This document shows positions 62,996 through 64,000 of a DNA stretch of 64,000 nucleotides, piece by piece. The notes below the pieces were generated by a model. The model made no database searches. It was not told the origin of the DNA and saw only the letters and a program-made list of their open reading frames with translations. The translations under genes and the position numbers were made by a program. Each line of letters begins with the position of its first letter. Position 1 is the first letter of the stretch. The DNA is from an uncultured Gemmatimonadales bacterium (GTDB lineage Bacteria; Gemmatimonadota; Gemmatimonadetes; Gemmatimonadales; GWC2-71-9), in contig CAVOSV010000003.1 in the NCBI GenBank assembly GCA_963698975.1, positions 517,864 to 581,863 on the forward strand. Direction: 5' to 3'.

Positions 62996-64000
62996 ATGAC
63001 AATATCTCACCAGGATTGGTCGAGCCGAATGGCTCACTGGGCAGCGGCACTCGTTGTGATCGCATCCACAGCCTGCGAGCACAGCTCTCCGGCTGAGCCC
63101 GAGCCAATTCCAGTCCTGCCACCGGTCTCATCCACCTCACCGGTCCGGCTCACCTTTAATTTGGCGGACGACCGCACTCCATCCTGGTTGCCCGATGGCT
63201 CGGGCATCATCTACTCGAGCGAGCGGCAAGACCGCAGCGATCGCGATCGTTGCCTCAACGTTCTTCCTCCCGGCGGCGGTACCATCTCGGCGAGCTATTG
63301 CCAGTACGACCCCATACACGACGACTCCACCGACCTCATGGAATCGCCCGCCCAGAATGCCGACGGGCGGCTCTTCTATCACCAAGTCATTTCCTGGGTG
63401 GGTCAGCAGAAATTGGGTGCCTCGGCGCTGGTCCTGGCGAGCAGGGAGGCGCCCCAGCAGGCCACGTTGGTCCAGCCACTCCCTTATACGGCCCCGAATG
63501 GGAGGTACCATTCCAGCATTCGGACCCCGCAGTGGATTGGCCGGGACAGTCTGCTCTATCTGGCCGAGCAGCTCTTCTACGAGGGATCCACCTTCCTTCC
63601 GGACACCTTCTACACCGGGCTGGACGCCGCCATCCTCGATCTCTCCGGAGCCACACCGCGGGTAGAGGTCATACCGGGTACCGATTATGCCTCGGGGGTG
63701 GCACTCGGTGAGGATGGCCAGACCATCTACTACACTCTGGGTGGTGACTCCCGGGTATACCGCCGATCGCTTTCGACCGGTGAAGTCACCACCTTCTATG
63801 ACTTCGGACTCGGTACCATTGTGCGTGACCCCCAGGTTCGGGGCACCCGCCTTGTCGCCGTGATCGGAGGTAGCGTGGTCTATCGCTTCGAGGACGCCCA
63901 CGGCAACGTGCAGCGGGACGAGGGCGGAGACCTGATATTCGTCAACCTGAGCGACGGGAGTCGCCGTCTCTTCGCCGGCGACTCTGTACTCTTCCGGCAT
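62996..64000 (+). CDS. lipoprotein with TolB/PD40-like beta-propeller repeats, 3'-truncated by the window edge (not in the ORF track)
   Basis: My translation of the frame starting at ATG 62996 has no stop through 64000 (335 codons): MTISHQDWSSRMAHWAAALVVIASTACEHS... (lipobox) ...DDRTPSWLPDGSGIIYSSER...GEDGQTIYYTLGGDSRVYRRSLSTGE. GC3 bias favours this strand over the antisense ORF 63137..64000. Confidence 0.65.
   Translation, partial: MTISHQDWSSRMAHWAAALVVIASTACEHSSPAEPEPIPVLPPVSSTSPVRLTFNLADDRTPSWLPDGSGIIYSSERQDRSDRDRCLNVLPPGGGTISASYCQYDPIHDDSTDLMESPAQNADGRLFYHQVISWVGQQKLGASALVLASREAPQQATLVQPLPYTAPNGRYHSSIRTPQWIGRDSLLYLAEQLFYEGSTFLPDTFYTGLDAAILDLSGATPRVEVIPGTDYASGVALGEDGQTIYYTLGGDSRVYRRSLSTGEVTTFYDFGLGTIVRDPQVRGTRLVAVIGGSVVYRFEDAHGNVQRDEGGDLIFVNLSDGSRRLFAGDSVLFRH

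Noticed and set aside
63137-64000. 287-aa minus-strand ORF at the window edge
   Set aside because: It is codon-antiparallel to an open + strand frame that has a lipoprotein signal, PD40-like motifs and better GC3 bias.

Overview
GC-rich bacterial chromosomal window. The protein families and repeat types look Gemmatimonadota/FCB- or Acidobacteria-like, but the taxon cannot be verified from here. I support about 65 protein-coding genes. I recognised no rRNA, tRNA, CRISPR, prophage, integrase or known defence genes. Layout: 0-22 kb holds tightly coupled housekeeping operons (S41 protease; tmk-ylbF-like-prmC-prfA-rpmE; Crp/Fnr regulator; SpoIID-Gfo-DUF4105; yajQ; sigma-70; larE-thpR-NtrC-type regulator-ALDH; arfB; OmpA with TSP3 repeats). 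22-45 kb is an envelope/accessory region (DyP peroxidase operon, arylsulfatase cluster, many beta-barrel and lipoprotein genes, an FGE operon, a large MscS channel). 45-53 kb is a two-component cluster (HisKA_3 kinase, aquaporin plus OMP, four receiver proteins, MASE1-PAS kinase). 53-60 kb holds TamB/TamA, followed by small accessory genes. The ORF track does not list a lipoprotein/beta-propeller ORF that runs off the 3' edge on the + strand. The most interesting signals are non-coding. (1) An oriented 20-nt motif, CTGnnAnAAnnnnCAGTTTC, occurs at least nine times. Every copy is intergenic, and the GTTTC end always points at a start codon 31-94 nt away. Three pairs of copies are arranged back to back. 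(2) One of those pairs forms the ends of a 669-bp inverted-repeat cassette built from 15-nt repeats; it encloses a four-helix-bundle ('23S rRNA IVS protein') gene. (3) Phased GANTC heptad arrays sit upstream of two genes. (4) A GIY-YIG nuclease remnant is bracketed by inverted 27-mers. Three genes (an OMP/lipoprotein, FGE and TamB) show single-nucleotide frame breaks. These may be assembly errors or real pseudogenes. I found no convincing complete novel protein system, and function claims for the motifs are hypotheses. All repeat searches were done by eye and may have missed copies inside genes.
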